This document shows, in pieces, positions 39,997 to 47,938 of a stretch of DNA of 64,000 bases. A program made the position numbers and the translations under genes. The first letter of the stretch is position 1; the number at the start of each line of letters is the position of its first letter. Source of the stretch: Pseudomonadota bacterium (lineage in GTDB: Bacteria > Desulfobacterota > Binatia > UBA12015); NCBI GenBank assembly GCA_005777805.1, contig SXLG01000018.1:10051-74050 (forward strand), given 5' to 3'. Under the pieces are notes generated by a model, which was not told the origin of the DNA, searched no databases, and was given only the letters and a program-made list of their open reading frames with translations.

Positions 39997-40395
39997 ATGA
40001 CGAAGAGGAAGATCCTGGTTGTCGAGGACAACGAAGACAACAGGCGAATTCTTCTCTATCGCTTGCGCAAGATCGGCGACTTCGACGTCATCTCGACAGC
40101 CAACGGCCTCGAAGCGCTCGAGGCTGTCCAGAAGGATCCTCCGGATCTGATCTTCATGGATCTCAAGATGCCGATCATGGACGGCTGGGAGGCGACCCGG
40201 CGAATCCGCGAGTTGGAACAGGGTCGGGAGATCCCGATCATTGCGCTCACCGCGCAGGCAATGGCCGGAGACGAGCAGCGCGCACTGGCCATCGGGTGTA
40301 GCGATTATCTCTCCAAGCCGGTGGTGGACCCCGCCTTGGTGCGCGAGAAAGTCGAGAAATTCCTCGGTCCCCAGTCCCCGCCGAGCAACGCTTAG
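39997..40395 (+). CDS. Stand-alone CheY-like response regulator receiver
   Basis: KILVVEDNEDN, DLIFMDLKMPIMDG, IIALTAQA, YLSKP. No output domain. GC looks visibly lower than in neighbouring genes. Confidence 0.9.
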   Translation: MTKRKILVVEDNEDNRRILLYRLRKIGDFDVISTANGLEALEAVQKDPPDLIFMDLKMPIMDGWEATRRIRELEQGREIPIIALTAQAMAGDEQRALAIGCSDYLSKPVVDPALVREKVEKFLGPQSPPSNA

Positions 40396-40442
40396 AGATC
40401 GGCGGTCGAGGGCCGGAATGCTGCGCTCTCGCATGGCTCCGT

Positions 40443-40515
<73 letters not shown>

Positions 40516-40793
40516 TTTGTCTCTCGGTGCGATGCGAGGTGGTCAGGTCGGGGGGGATGCCAGCGCTTGGGCCTGCGCCCAGGACCGCTGGCGGTTCCGC
40601 CGGCGAGGGGTTCTTCCCACAGTTGCCGGCCGGGACTATTTTTACGCCCGGCACGAGACAGTTTCTCGACAGGCGCGCGACGATCCGTCTATGCTGAGCG
40701 CTGTGTTGGATGCGCGTCGGGTCGTGAGGTCGGTCGCGTTGGGCAGGCGTGGGCTCCTTCTCGGGCGCCCGGTCATCTGGGGAGAGGAAGTCC

Positions 40794-41192
40794 ATGACTG
40801 TGACCGCAACAGTCCTCGTGATCGACGACGATGCCGAGGTCCGGGGTTTGGTCGCCGGGCTGCTCAAGCGCTCGGGTTATTCTGTGCTCGAAGCCGGCAG
40901 CGGGAGTGAGGGGATCCGTCGCGCCGAGGAGGCCTGTCCAGATCTCGTCCTCCTCGACATGGCGATGCCGGATCTCGACGGACTGCAAGTCGCGCGCGCG
41001 ATTCGATCAAAGGCCTCCCTCGCCGAGACGCCCGTGGTCGCGCTGACGGCGCGGCATCTCGCGAGCGACCGGCGCCGCGCGCTCGAGGCCGGCTGTTCGC
41101 ACTTTCTCACCAAGCCCTGTCCGCCGGCCGAGCTTCGCGCCGCGATCGACGGCATCCTCGGACTGCCGCGCGCCAGCGTGCGTCCCTGCTGA
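40794..41192 (+). CDS. Stand-alone CheY-like response regulator receiver
   Basis: ATG at 40794 follows GGAGAGGAAG. VLVIDDDAE, DLVLLDMAMPDLDG, VVALTARH, FLTKP. Confidence 0.9.
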   Translation: MTVTATVLVIDDDAEVRGLVAGLLKRSGYSVLEAGSGSEGIRRAEEACPDLVLLDMAMPDLDGLQVARAIRSKASLAETPVVALTARHLASDRRRALEAGCSHFLTKPCPPAELRAAIDGILGLPRASVRPC

Positions 41193-41237
41193 TCGCTGCC
41201 GGCGAGTTCGCGCTCCCGAACCCACCGGCGGGCGGAC

Positions 41238-42455
41238 TCATGCGCCGAGCTGCGTCAGATCGATTTTGGTGAGAATCGGTCGAGAGTGAGTCAGCCAGGC
41301 GGTGCGGCCGTCGGGTGCGATCGCGAGGGCCCGCGGCTCTCCGCCGACGCGGGCCCGCGCGACCACGCTTCTGCTGGCGGTGTCGATCGCCACCAGCGTG
41401 CCCGACTGGAAACAGGTGACGTAGACCCGCGTGCCGTCGGGCGAGACCGCGACGCCCAGCGGCTCGGCGCCAACGGCCACCGTGGCGAGCACGCTACGTC
41501 CGACCAGGTCAAGCGCCGCCACGGTTCCGGCGAGCGCATTGGCGACCCAGGCGGTGCGGCCGTCGGGCGAGAGGGCGAGCTGGCCCGGGATCGAGCTTTG
41601 CAGCGTGATCGCAGGCGAGGCTTCCTCGCCGCTGGTGGCGTCGAGCGTATGCAGCTCGCCGTACGAACAGATTCCCGTGCAGCCCGCGACGTGGAGGAGC
41701 GTTCCGTCGGCCGAGACCGCGAGCGAGCCGGGGTGGAAGGGGAGGTTCCGACCGCGCTGGCTCGCCGCCGCGATGTCGACGACGTGGAGCTGGTCGAAGC
41801 CATTGCCCATGGTGGGATGGCTCGTCGTGGTGAAGGCGCGCGTGCCGTCTGGGGCGATGGCGGCACCCGGGCGCAGGACCGGACTCGAGGGCGTGCCGAC
41901 CCACAAACGCTGCGAACCCGGCTGCGCGCCGAGGCGCAGTACCCAAGCCTGTTGTTGCATCAGATCGGCGGCGACTCCGGTCGCGCCGTCGCTTGCGATG
42001 GCCAGCGCGTAGGGCATTCCACCGGTGTCGATCGTCGGGCCGGCCGCACCCGTCGCCGTGTCGATGCTCAGAATCTTCGAGCCCGCGGCGAGCCAGGCGC
42101 GTGTGCCATCGGGCGAGAGTGCGATGCCCGTGGCCCAGGTGGGCAGGGGCCAGGTCGCCTCGACCGCGGTCGAGACGGGGCCGGCGCTGGTCGGACCGCC
42201 CGCACTCGCAGCACAGCCCCCGAGGAGGGCGGCGGCGAGGGCGGCGGCGATGGCGATGGATGGCGCGGGGCCGATCGCGCGCGACGATGCGGCCCGGTCG
42301 GGCCCAGACCGCGGGGCGCAGGCCCGTGTCGCACGCGGCGGGCGGGCTCGGCCGGGCCGGGTGGCGGGCGCGGTCCCCGCGCCGGCAAGGGGGGTGTCCA
42401 GAGCAGAGATCAACATGGTTCCCGGTCTAGCAGGTCGCGCCGATCGAGTCGTCAC
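41238..42455 (-). CDS. YVTN-type beta-propeller repeat lipoprotein
   Basis: Repeated ..SPDG[TR]..[YW]V[AT]..-type blades (VAVSPDGTRVYVTCFQSGTLVAIDTAS, LAIAPDGRTAWLTH, LALSPDGRTAWVAN). Lipobox-like ALLGGC. The start is uncertain. Confidence 0.75.
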   Translation of the reverse strand: MTTRSARPARPGTMLISALDTPLAGAGTAPATRPGRARPPRATRACAPRSGPDRAASSRAIGPAPSIAIAAALAAALLGGCAASAGGPTSAGPVSTAVEATWPLPTWATGIALSPDGTRAWLAAGSKILSIDTATGAAGPTIDTGGMPYALAIASDGATGVAADLMQQQAWVLRLGAQPGSQRLWVGTPSSPVLRPGAAIAPDGTRAFTTTSHPTMGNGFDQLHVVDIAAASQRGRNLPFHPGSLAVSADGTLLHVAGCTGICSYGELHTLDATSGEEASPAITLQSSIPGQLALSPDGRTAWVANALAGTVAALDLVGRSVLATVAVGAEPLGVAVSPDGTRVYVTCFQSGTLVAIDTASRSVVARARVGGEPRALAIAPDGRTAWLTHSRPILTKIDLTQLGA

Positions 42456-42561
42456 CGGTCAGCGAGGTGATGACGTCCAGCGTGTCGGACGCGATGGCCG
42501 GGCAGGTCGCGCGAGTCGTCACCGCTCGGCGGGTCGGGCCTTGTCGCAGGACGGTCGCGGT

Positions 42562-43368
42562 TCAGGTCCAGATCGCGAGCACCGCCGCAGCTGCGAGTCC
42601 GGCCAGCGCAAGCCACCATTTGGCGACGCGATCGCCACCGTGGGTGAACTCCTCCTGGATGATGTCGAGGGCGGCCACGTAGATGAACGTTCCGGCGGCC
42701 AGCGCAAGGCTGGTTGCGGCGAAGATCCGTCCGGCGTGTCCCGAGAGGGCGTCGGCGGCCACGCCACCACCCAGAATGCCGACTGGGGTCGCGAGTCCCC
42801 AGAGCATGACCAGCCCCACGGCCGCACGCAGGGGCACCGCGTTGCGGGCCAGGCTCACCCCCAGCGCCAGACCTTCGGTCGTGTTGTGTGCGACGATGGC
42901 GACGAAGATCGGCAGCGCCCGCAGGAGGGTGGTCTGGCTCCCCAGGGCCAACCCCGAGAGCAGGCTGTGCACCGAGAGGGCGACAAGTAGCGTGTAGACC
43001 CAGGCCCCGGGCCGGGTCGCGTGCGCACCCAGCTCTTGCGCGAGTTCGTCCCGGCCGTGCTCGATCCCTTCGACGATTCCGTGCTCGTGCGGCGCCAGCG
43101 GGACGTGCTCGAAGAAGAGCACCAGAAGGAAGGCCGCCGAGGCGAGCAGCGCCGCGACCGGGTAGCCCGGGATGAGTGTGCGCCATTCGGCGTCGGCCTC
43201 GGGCAGCATGTGGATCAGGCCGATGCCGAGGAAGAGGCCTGCCGCCCAGGCGTTGCCGAGAGCGAGGACGCGCGTCGCACGGACGGGGCCCCGGCGCAGC
43301 GGCGGCAGTCCGCCGGCAAGACCGGCGACCAGCACGAGCGCGGCGAAGATGATGCGTGACAGATCCAT
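42562..43368 (-). CDS. ZIP-family metal cation transporter
   Basis: The ATG at 43368 gives MDLSRIIFAALVLVAGLAGG... Contains HSLLSGLALG, AIVAHNTTEGLALG and a His-rich loop (HEHGIVEGIEHG). The ORF-track 5' extension runs through the repeat array and is low-complexity. Confidence 0.85.
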   Translation of the reverse strand: MDLSRIIFAALVLVAGLAGGLPPLRRGPVRATRVLALGNAWAAGLFLGIGLIHMLPEADAEWRTLIPGYPVAALLASAAFLLVLFFEHVPLAPHEHGIVEGIEHGRDELAQELGAHATRPGAWVYTLLVALSVHSLLSGLALGSQTTLLRALPIFVAIVAHNTTEGLALGVSLARNAVPLRAAVGLVMLWGLATPVGILGGGVAADALSGHAGRIFAATSLALAAGTFIYVAALDIIQEEFTHGGDRVAKWWLALAGLAAAAVLAIWT

Positions 43369-43452
43369 GGGAGGAGCGCCGCGGCGAGCCGACGCGGCGG
43401 GAAGTCGATATTGCATGTCGGTCGCCCGCGAGCGATGTCCGGCGCGCGCGCG

Positions 43453-43700
43453 GTCGCAATCGACCTGCTTGGTCGGGGCGTCACCTCGGGGCGGCGAGCG
43501 TGACGAGAGGCTCCAGCCCGTCCTGTCGCAATCAACCCGTCCGATCGGTGCGGTACCTCGGGCGGCGAAGAGGGCGGGGGGCGCAAGCCCCGCAGGCACC
43601 ATCGACCCGTTCGATCGGCGGGGCCGTCGGACCGGAGCTGGTGGAACTGGCGATGTACCCCCCGCAGGCACCATCGACCCGTTCGATCGGCGGGGCAGCC
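43453..43700. repeat. Four-copy tandem repeat array, period 70-72 bp, including a perfect 37-bp direct repeat
   Basis: Copies start at 43453, 43525, ~43595 and ~43667, with core ATC[GA]ACC[CT]G..[CT]G[AG]TCGG.G.GG. 43588-43624 is identical to 43660-43696 (ccccgcaggcaccatcgacccgttcgatcggcggggc). Copies A and B are about 78% identical over 45 nt. Confidence 0.8.
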
Positions 43701-43771
43701 CGGCCGACGGGCTGCGCACTTCCGAGGTAGATGGGAACCGACGAGCCCGAAGGAGATCGGCAGGGGCAGCG

Positions 43772-44242
43772 TCAGGACGGCCGGGCGCGAGACCGCGGCC
43801 GACTCGCCTTGGTGGTCAACGGGCGTGGCCCCCGCGCGGACGGCGCACGCCCTGCCCCCGGGCGCGGCGACTTCGCGGAGGTGGTCTTCGCGCGCGGCTG
43901 CGGGGCGACCAGCGCCAGGGCCTCGCCCATGAGATCCGCCACCTCGTCCCAGTCGACGCCCGCCCCGAGATCGACGCCGACCCAGCCCCCGGGGCCGACG
44001 TAGGGGGGCACGAAGAACCGTGCCGGATCGGACTCGACCAGGAGTTCCTGCGCCCCCAGGGCTGCCTTCAGCCAGACCGCCACCTGACCCGAGCCGTGGT
44101 GATCGTTGGCGAACATGGCGAACATTTTCTTGTCAGCGAGGCGGAAGGTCGTGGTGTTCCACGCCTCTTTCTCGGTGACCCCGGGGAGACCGAGGCCGAT
44201 TGCGCGCAGGCGTTTCAGCGCGGCCTCGGCTCGCCGGCTCAT
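43772..44242 (-). CDS. MmcQ/YjbR-family protein with basic C-terminal tail
   Basis: LPGVTEKEAWNTTTFRLADKKMFAMF..FFVPPYVGPGGWVGVDL. The ATG at 44242 overlaps the upstream gene's stop (ATGA). Confidence 0.75.
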   Translation of the reverse strand: MSRRAEAALKRLRAIGLGLPGVTEKEAWNTTTFRLADKKMFAMFANDHHGSGQVAVWLKAALGAQELLVESDPARFFVPPYVGPGGWVGVDLGAGVDWDEVADLMGEALALVAPQPRAKTTSAKSPRPGAGRAPSARGPRPLTTKASRPRSRARPS

Positions 44243-45894
44243 CAGGGCGGCGTCCAGTCGCACCGCGGGAAATCGGGATCTCCGTCCTCGTAGCCGAAGC
44301 AAATCTGATTCAGGGTCGCCGAAGAGAACGAGTCGTCGGCGACGCAGCGTCCGTTGAGGCAGACGCCCCAGTCGTAGACACAGTCACAGCAGCCGGGAGC
44401 GGGGTTGCTGATCGAGCAGACGGGTTCGCTCAGTTCACCGCAGTAGGTTGGGCCGCACTCGATCGGGTGGTCGAGAGGACGGTCGCAATCGATGTCCGTG
44501 TCGCAGGGGCAGTCGCATTGCGAGCCGTCGAAGCGGCAATCCGGAGTGCAGGCGAGCTGCCCGCTGCAGCTCGCGGAGCCGCCGTAGAGGAAGTCGCAGT
44601 CTTCTCCGTCGAGATCGGAGCCATCGCATTCCTCGCCGTTTTCGAAGTCGACCACGCCGTTGCCGCAGAGAGGGCCGGCCGTGGGTGTAGGTGCGGGTGT
44701 GGGCACGGGTGTGGCGGTCGGCTGGGCCGTCGGTGCCGCCGTGGGGGTAGGCGCGGGTGTCGAAGTTCCGCTCGGCGTCGGGGTGGCCGCACCCGGCGTC
44801 GGGGTCGAGGCACCCGGCGTCGGGGTCGAGGCGGGCTGGGGAGTCGGCCCCTCGGTCGGCGAGCGTTCGTCGATCACGAAATTCTGCTTGGCCTCACTCC
44901 AGACGACCCACACGTCTTCGCTTGGGCCGGGGAAGCCGGGCAGGCGGAAGCGGCCGGCCACGCCGCGCAGGAAGTTCGCCCCCAGCGTCGTCACCTGGAA
45001 GGTGTTCGTGTCGAAGGGGACGCCGTCGGCTCGCGCCACGGCGGTGTGCGTGCCGGGTCCGAAGAGGTTGGCGTTCCAGAGCACACCGAAGCCGTTGTTG
45101 CTGTCGCCGCAGCGCGCGGCGGTGTCGTCGCGAGGCGTCCCGGCAGCCGCGGGAATGACGGTGGTGCCGTCCACCACGATGTCGATCGGCAGCGTGGTCG
45201 CGTTGCAGTGCCAGCCGGAGAACAGAATCACGCCGGACTGGACGGAGCCCGTGCCGGGATTCTCGAGGAGGCCCTCGTCTGTCGCGGCAGCGCTACCGAG
45301 TCCGCTCGACACGGGCGCCGGGCGTGCGGCCGAGGTCGGCGCGGCCCAGGTGGTGTAGTTGGCGATCGCAAAGCCCTGCTGGGCTTCCTGCCAGGTCAGC
45401 AGGACCGAGCCCTGCGCGTTGGGGAAGTCATCGAGTTGGAACGTGCCCTCCAGCCCGCGTGCGAAGGGCACGCCGAGGGTCGTGACCATGAAGTCGCGGC
45501 TCGAGAACGTCACGCCACCGGCACGGGCCACGGCGGTGTGGGCACCGGGGCCGAGCAGCGCAAAGTTCCACAACGCGCCGAAGCCGTTGGCGGTGTCGCC
45601 GCATGTCGCAGAGGTGTCCTCGCGCGGCGTGCCCGCGGCCGCGGGGATGATATGGGTGCCATCAATGACGATTTCAATCGGGGTCGTGGAGGCATCGCAA
45701 TGCCAGCCCGAGAGCACGCCGACGCCACTCTGCACGCTGCCGGGCGAGGGGTTCTCGAGCAGTCCGGTGGCGGCAGCTCCGCCGGCGGCCAGCGGCAGCA
45801 CGACCAGAGTCGCGACCAGCCCCGCCAGCGGGAAGACGCGACGCGCATGGCGCCGGGGGGTGGGGGGGCTGCCGAGATCTGCCTGATGAAACAT
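44242..45894 (-). CDS. Secreted protein: two tandem copies of an unassigned ~135-aa domain + Pro/Thr linker + Cys-rich C-terminal module
   Basis: RBS GGGAGAAATCGC before the ATG at 45894, followed by a signal peptide. Residues 44-180 and 208-342 are clearly homologous (both start GLLENP..GSVQSG..SGWHC). PT-rich linker at residues 345-407. CGNGVVDFENGEECDG.. plus about 20 further Cys. Confidence 0.8.
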   Translation of the reverse strand: MFHQADLGSPPTPRRHARRVFPLAGLVATLVVLPLAAGGAAATGLLENPSPGSVQSGVGVLSGWHCDASTTPIEIVIDGTHIIPAAAGTPREDTSATCGDTANGFGALWNFALLGPGAHTAVARAGGVTFSSRDFMVTTLGVPFARGLEGTFQLDDFPNAQGSVLLTWQEAQQGFAIANYTTWAAPTSAARPAPVSSGLGSAAATDEGLLENPGTGSVQSGVILFSGWHCNATTLPIDIVVDGTTVIPAAAGTPRDDTAARCGDSNNGFGVLWNANLFGPGTHTAVARADGVPFDTNTFQVTTLGANFLRGVAGRFRLPGFPGPSEDVWVVWSEAKQNFVIDERSPTEGPTPQPASTPTPGASTPTPGAATPTPSGTSTPAPTPTAAPTAQPTATPVPTPAPTPTAGPLCGNGVVDFENGEECDGSDLDGEDCDFLYGGSASCSGQLACTPDCRFDGSQCDCPCDTDIDCDRPLDHPIECGPTYCGELSEPVCSISNPAPGCCDCVYDWGVCLNGRCVADDSFSSATLNQICFGYEDGDPDFPRCDWTPP

Positions 45895-46076
45895 GCGATT
45901 TCTCCCGAAGGTCGTGTGGGCAAGGCTGACGCCTTGAAGAGACGGCCGTCAATCGCCTTTATTCGATGCGCTGACCGGGGGCCATGCGTGATGAGTGGGC
46001 GGATGCGTGGTCGCTGTGCTGTGCCCTGCGACCCGGGGGGTCTCCCCGCGGCGCGGCAGGCGACCGAAGGCGGGCG

Positions 46077-46673
46077 TCACCACTCGACCGCGACCGCCCC
46101 GAGCTGTTCGCGCTCGGCGACCTCGAGCTCTGCTGTGACTGCGGCGTCGATCTGGCGGTAGCGCCGGACCGCATCGTCGAAACGCTCCGGCGCGCCCTTC
46201 TCGGCGGCGATGCGCCGGCCCTCTTCCCGGATCCAGTCCACATGCCAGGCCTCGTCGGCGGTGACCCGCTCGAGCACCTCTCGGGTATCGACATCGACGG
46301 TCGGGCTCTTGAGATGGCGCTGGTACCGCCGGAGCGCGCGCTGCTCGACGACCACGGTCAGGGCCAGCAGATCGACCTTGTCGCGCGGAATGCCGGCCGC
46401 GCGTCCAATGCGCGTCTGGTAGCCGTCATCGACGATCAAGGGCTTGTGGCCGGCGCGCAGGCAGCGCTCCGTCCACAACCAGGCGTGGCGGGTCTCCTCG
46501 GCCAGATGCTGCGAGAGAGCCACCTGCGCTTCCGGGGTCTCGAGGTGCCGCAGCAGCCGGAAGAGCAGGTTCGCACCGTGCTGTTCGGCGTTGCGGTAGT
46601 ACGAAAAGAGGGCGACCTCGGGCGGAATCGATGGATCGAGTCCGCTCGTAGCCGCGATGCGTGTTTGCGTCAT
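46077..46673 (-). CDS. Ferritin-like (putative di-iron) domain protein
   Basis: E/H-rich helices: YRNAEQHGANL, LAEETRHAW, VVEQRALRRY, ADEAWHVDW. I prefer the ATG at 46673, preceded by GGAGAGGATTGGAGAG; the GTG at 46691 is an alternative. Confidence 0.65.
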   Translation of the reverse strand: MTQTRIAATSGLDPSIPPEVALFSYYRNAEQHGANLLFRLLRHLETPEAQVALSQHLAEETRHAWLWTERCLRAGHKPLIVDDGYQTRIGRAAGIPRDKVDLLALTVVVEQRALRRYQRHLKSPTVDVDTREVLERVTADEAWHVDWIREEGRRIAAEKGAPERFDDAVRRYRQIDAAVTAELEVAEREQLGAVAVEW

Positions 46674-46998
46674 CTCTCCAATCCTCTCCACGCGACGGGC
46701 GGGTCCATCGGTCTGGCCCGGCGTGGGCCGACAAACGCGGAGAAGCTAGCACGACCTTGGGAAGACGTTCCACCGGGAAGCTTGAGGAGTGGCGGGCGGT
46801 GTGGACGGCACCGGGCTGCCGCCGCCAGGAACGATGCGCTTCGGGCGAGGATGTCGCCGGAGACGCTGGGGGCAGAGTTCGGGCGCTGCCCGGGGCGCGC
46901 CAGAACGGTGGCGCGGTGTCTTCGACATCGGGACCCGGCGTGGTGGGCCGGTGTCCCGCGGTCCCCCGGCCCGCTTGGTGTCCTGCCGGTGCGGGACG

Positions 46999-47652
46999 CT
47001 AATCGATGGGCACGCAGGCCGGGTCGTCGAAGATCGCGCCGGTGGTGAGCACGAGTCCCTGCGCGGCGTTCTGCCAGCGGAAGCAGGCGTCATCACAGAC
47101 GAAGGCCTGGCTGTCGCTGCGGCGCGTGACCCGTACCCCGAAACAGCAGATCAGGTTCGGATCGTCGAGGTCGCTCTCGCAGAAGCCCTCGGCGTTGTTG
47201 TCGAAGTCGACCGCGCCGAGGAACGTCGCGTCGTCGAAGCGGTGGCTGGTGCAGGTCGACGTGAGCACGGTCGATTCGCCACTCGAACTCTGTACGGTCA
47301 CGGCGAAAGTGTGAGCGCCGGGCGTCAGGAGTTGGAAATTGTAGCTGCCCGAAAACCCGGTGCGCAGCGGCGCGCCGGGCTGGGAGGCCTGGACGTCACC
47401 GCGCGACGCGCAGCAGGGCACTTCGATCGCGGCCACGCTGTCGACGGTGACGGCGAAGGGCTGGACGAGCTCGGCCCCGGTGTCGCTGTAAGCCCAGCCG
47501 CGGACGTTGCCGATTCCGGAACAGGAGCCGCCGCTGACGGGCTCCTCGAGCACGCCGACGATCGCTGCCTCTGCCATCGGCGCGCCGAGACAGAGGGGCA
47601 TGAGGCTGGCCGCAAGGGCGAGTCGGAGCCAGGAAAATCCCGTCGAATGCAT
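46999..47652 (-). CDS. Secreted Cys-rich protein, single-domain paralog of the 44242-45894 repeat domain
   Basis: The ATG at 47652 lies 6 nt after GGAGGA. Signal peptide MHSTGFSWLRLALAASLMPLCLGAPMAEA. GVLEEPVSGGSCSGIGNVRGWAY..LLTPGAHTFAVTV..CFRWQNAAQG parallels the D1/D2 domains. The ORF-track 380-aa form is over-extended. Confidence 0.7.
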   Translation of the reverse strand: MHSTGFSWLRLALAASLMPLCLGAPMAEAAIVGVLEEPVSGGSCSGIGNVRGWAYSDTGAELVQPFAVTVDSVAAIEVPCCASRGDVQASQPGAPLRTGFSGSYNFQLLTPGAHTFAVTVQSSSGESTVLTSTCTSHRFDDATFLGAVDFDNNAEGFCESDLDDPNLICCFGVRVTRRSDSQAFVCDDACFRWQNAAQGLVLTTGAIFDDPACVPID

Positions 47653-47938
47653 CGTCATTCCTCCACACCACTTCCCACGGTGGCCGTCCTTCGGATCTTG
47701 AGATCTGGGGAGCGATGTTGCAAGGCCCGCCACGGGCCACCGGGGGGCGTTGGGCGTGCATCGGCCAAGGCCAATTTCATCCCGGCGCGCGAGGAGATCG
47801 CCGAGGAACGGCCCCGCGAGTGGCAGGGCTGTCGCTGCGGCAAGGACCGAGACCCCGGCCGGTCGCTCGATCGTGATGCCGCGCGCCGTCGCGTCAGGAT
47901 GGTGGCGCGTCGGGTGTGTCACTCGCCCAGGGTCATGC

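Noticed and set aside
40630-40660. Sigma-54 promoter (GGCACG..TTTC) upstream of the second response regulator
   Set aside because: The spacing between the GG and the would-be GC element is off by 2 nt, and the -12 element reads TTTC rather than TTGC. The match is too weak to report.
43453-43700. Possible CRISPR array (regularly spaced repeats)
   Set aside because: There are only four units. The 'repeats' are degenerate between units A/B and C/D, and the 'spacers' are themselves partly conserved. The period of 70-72 bp combined with a 37-45 bp repeat leaves spacers shorter than typical. No cas genes or leader are present anywhere in the window.
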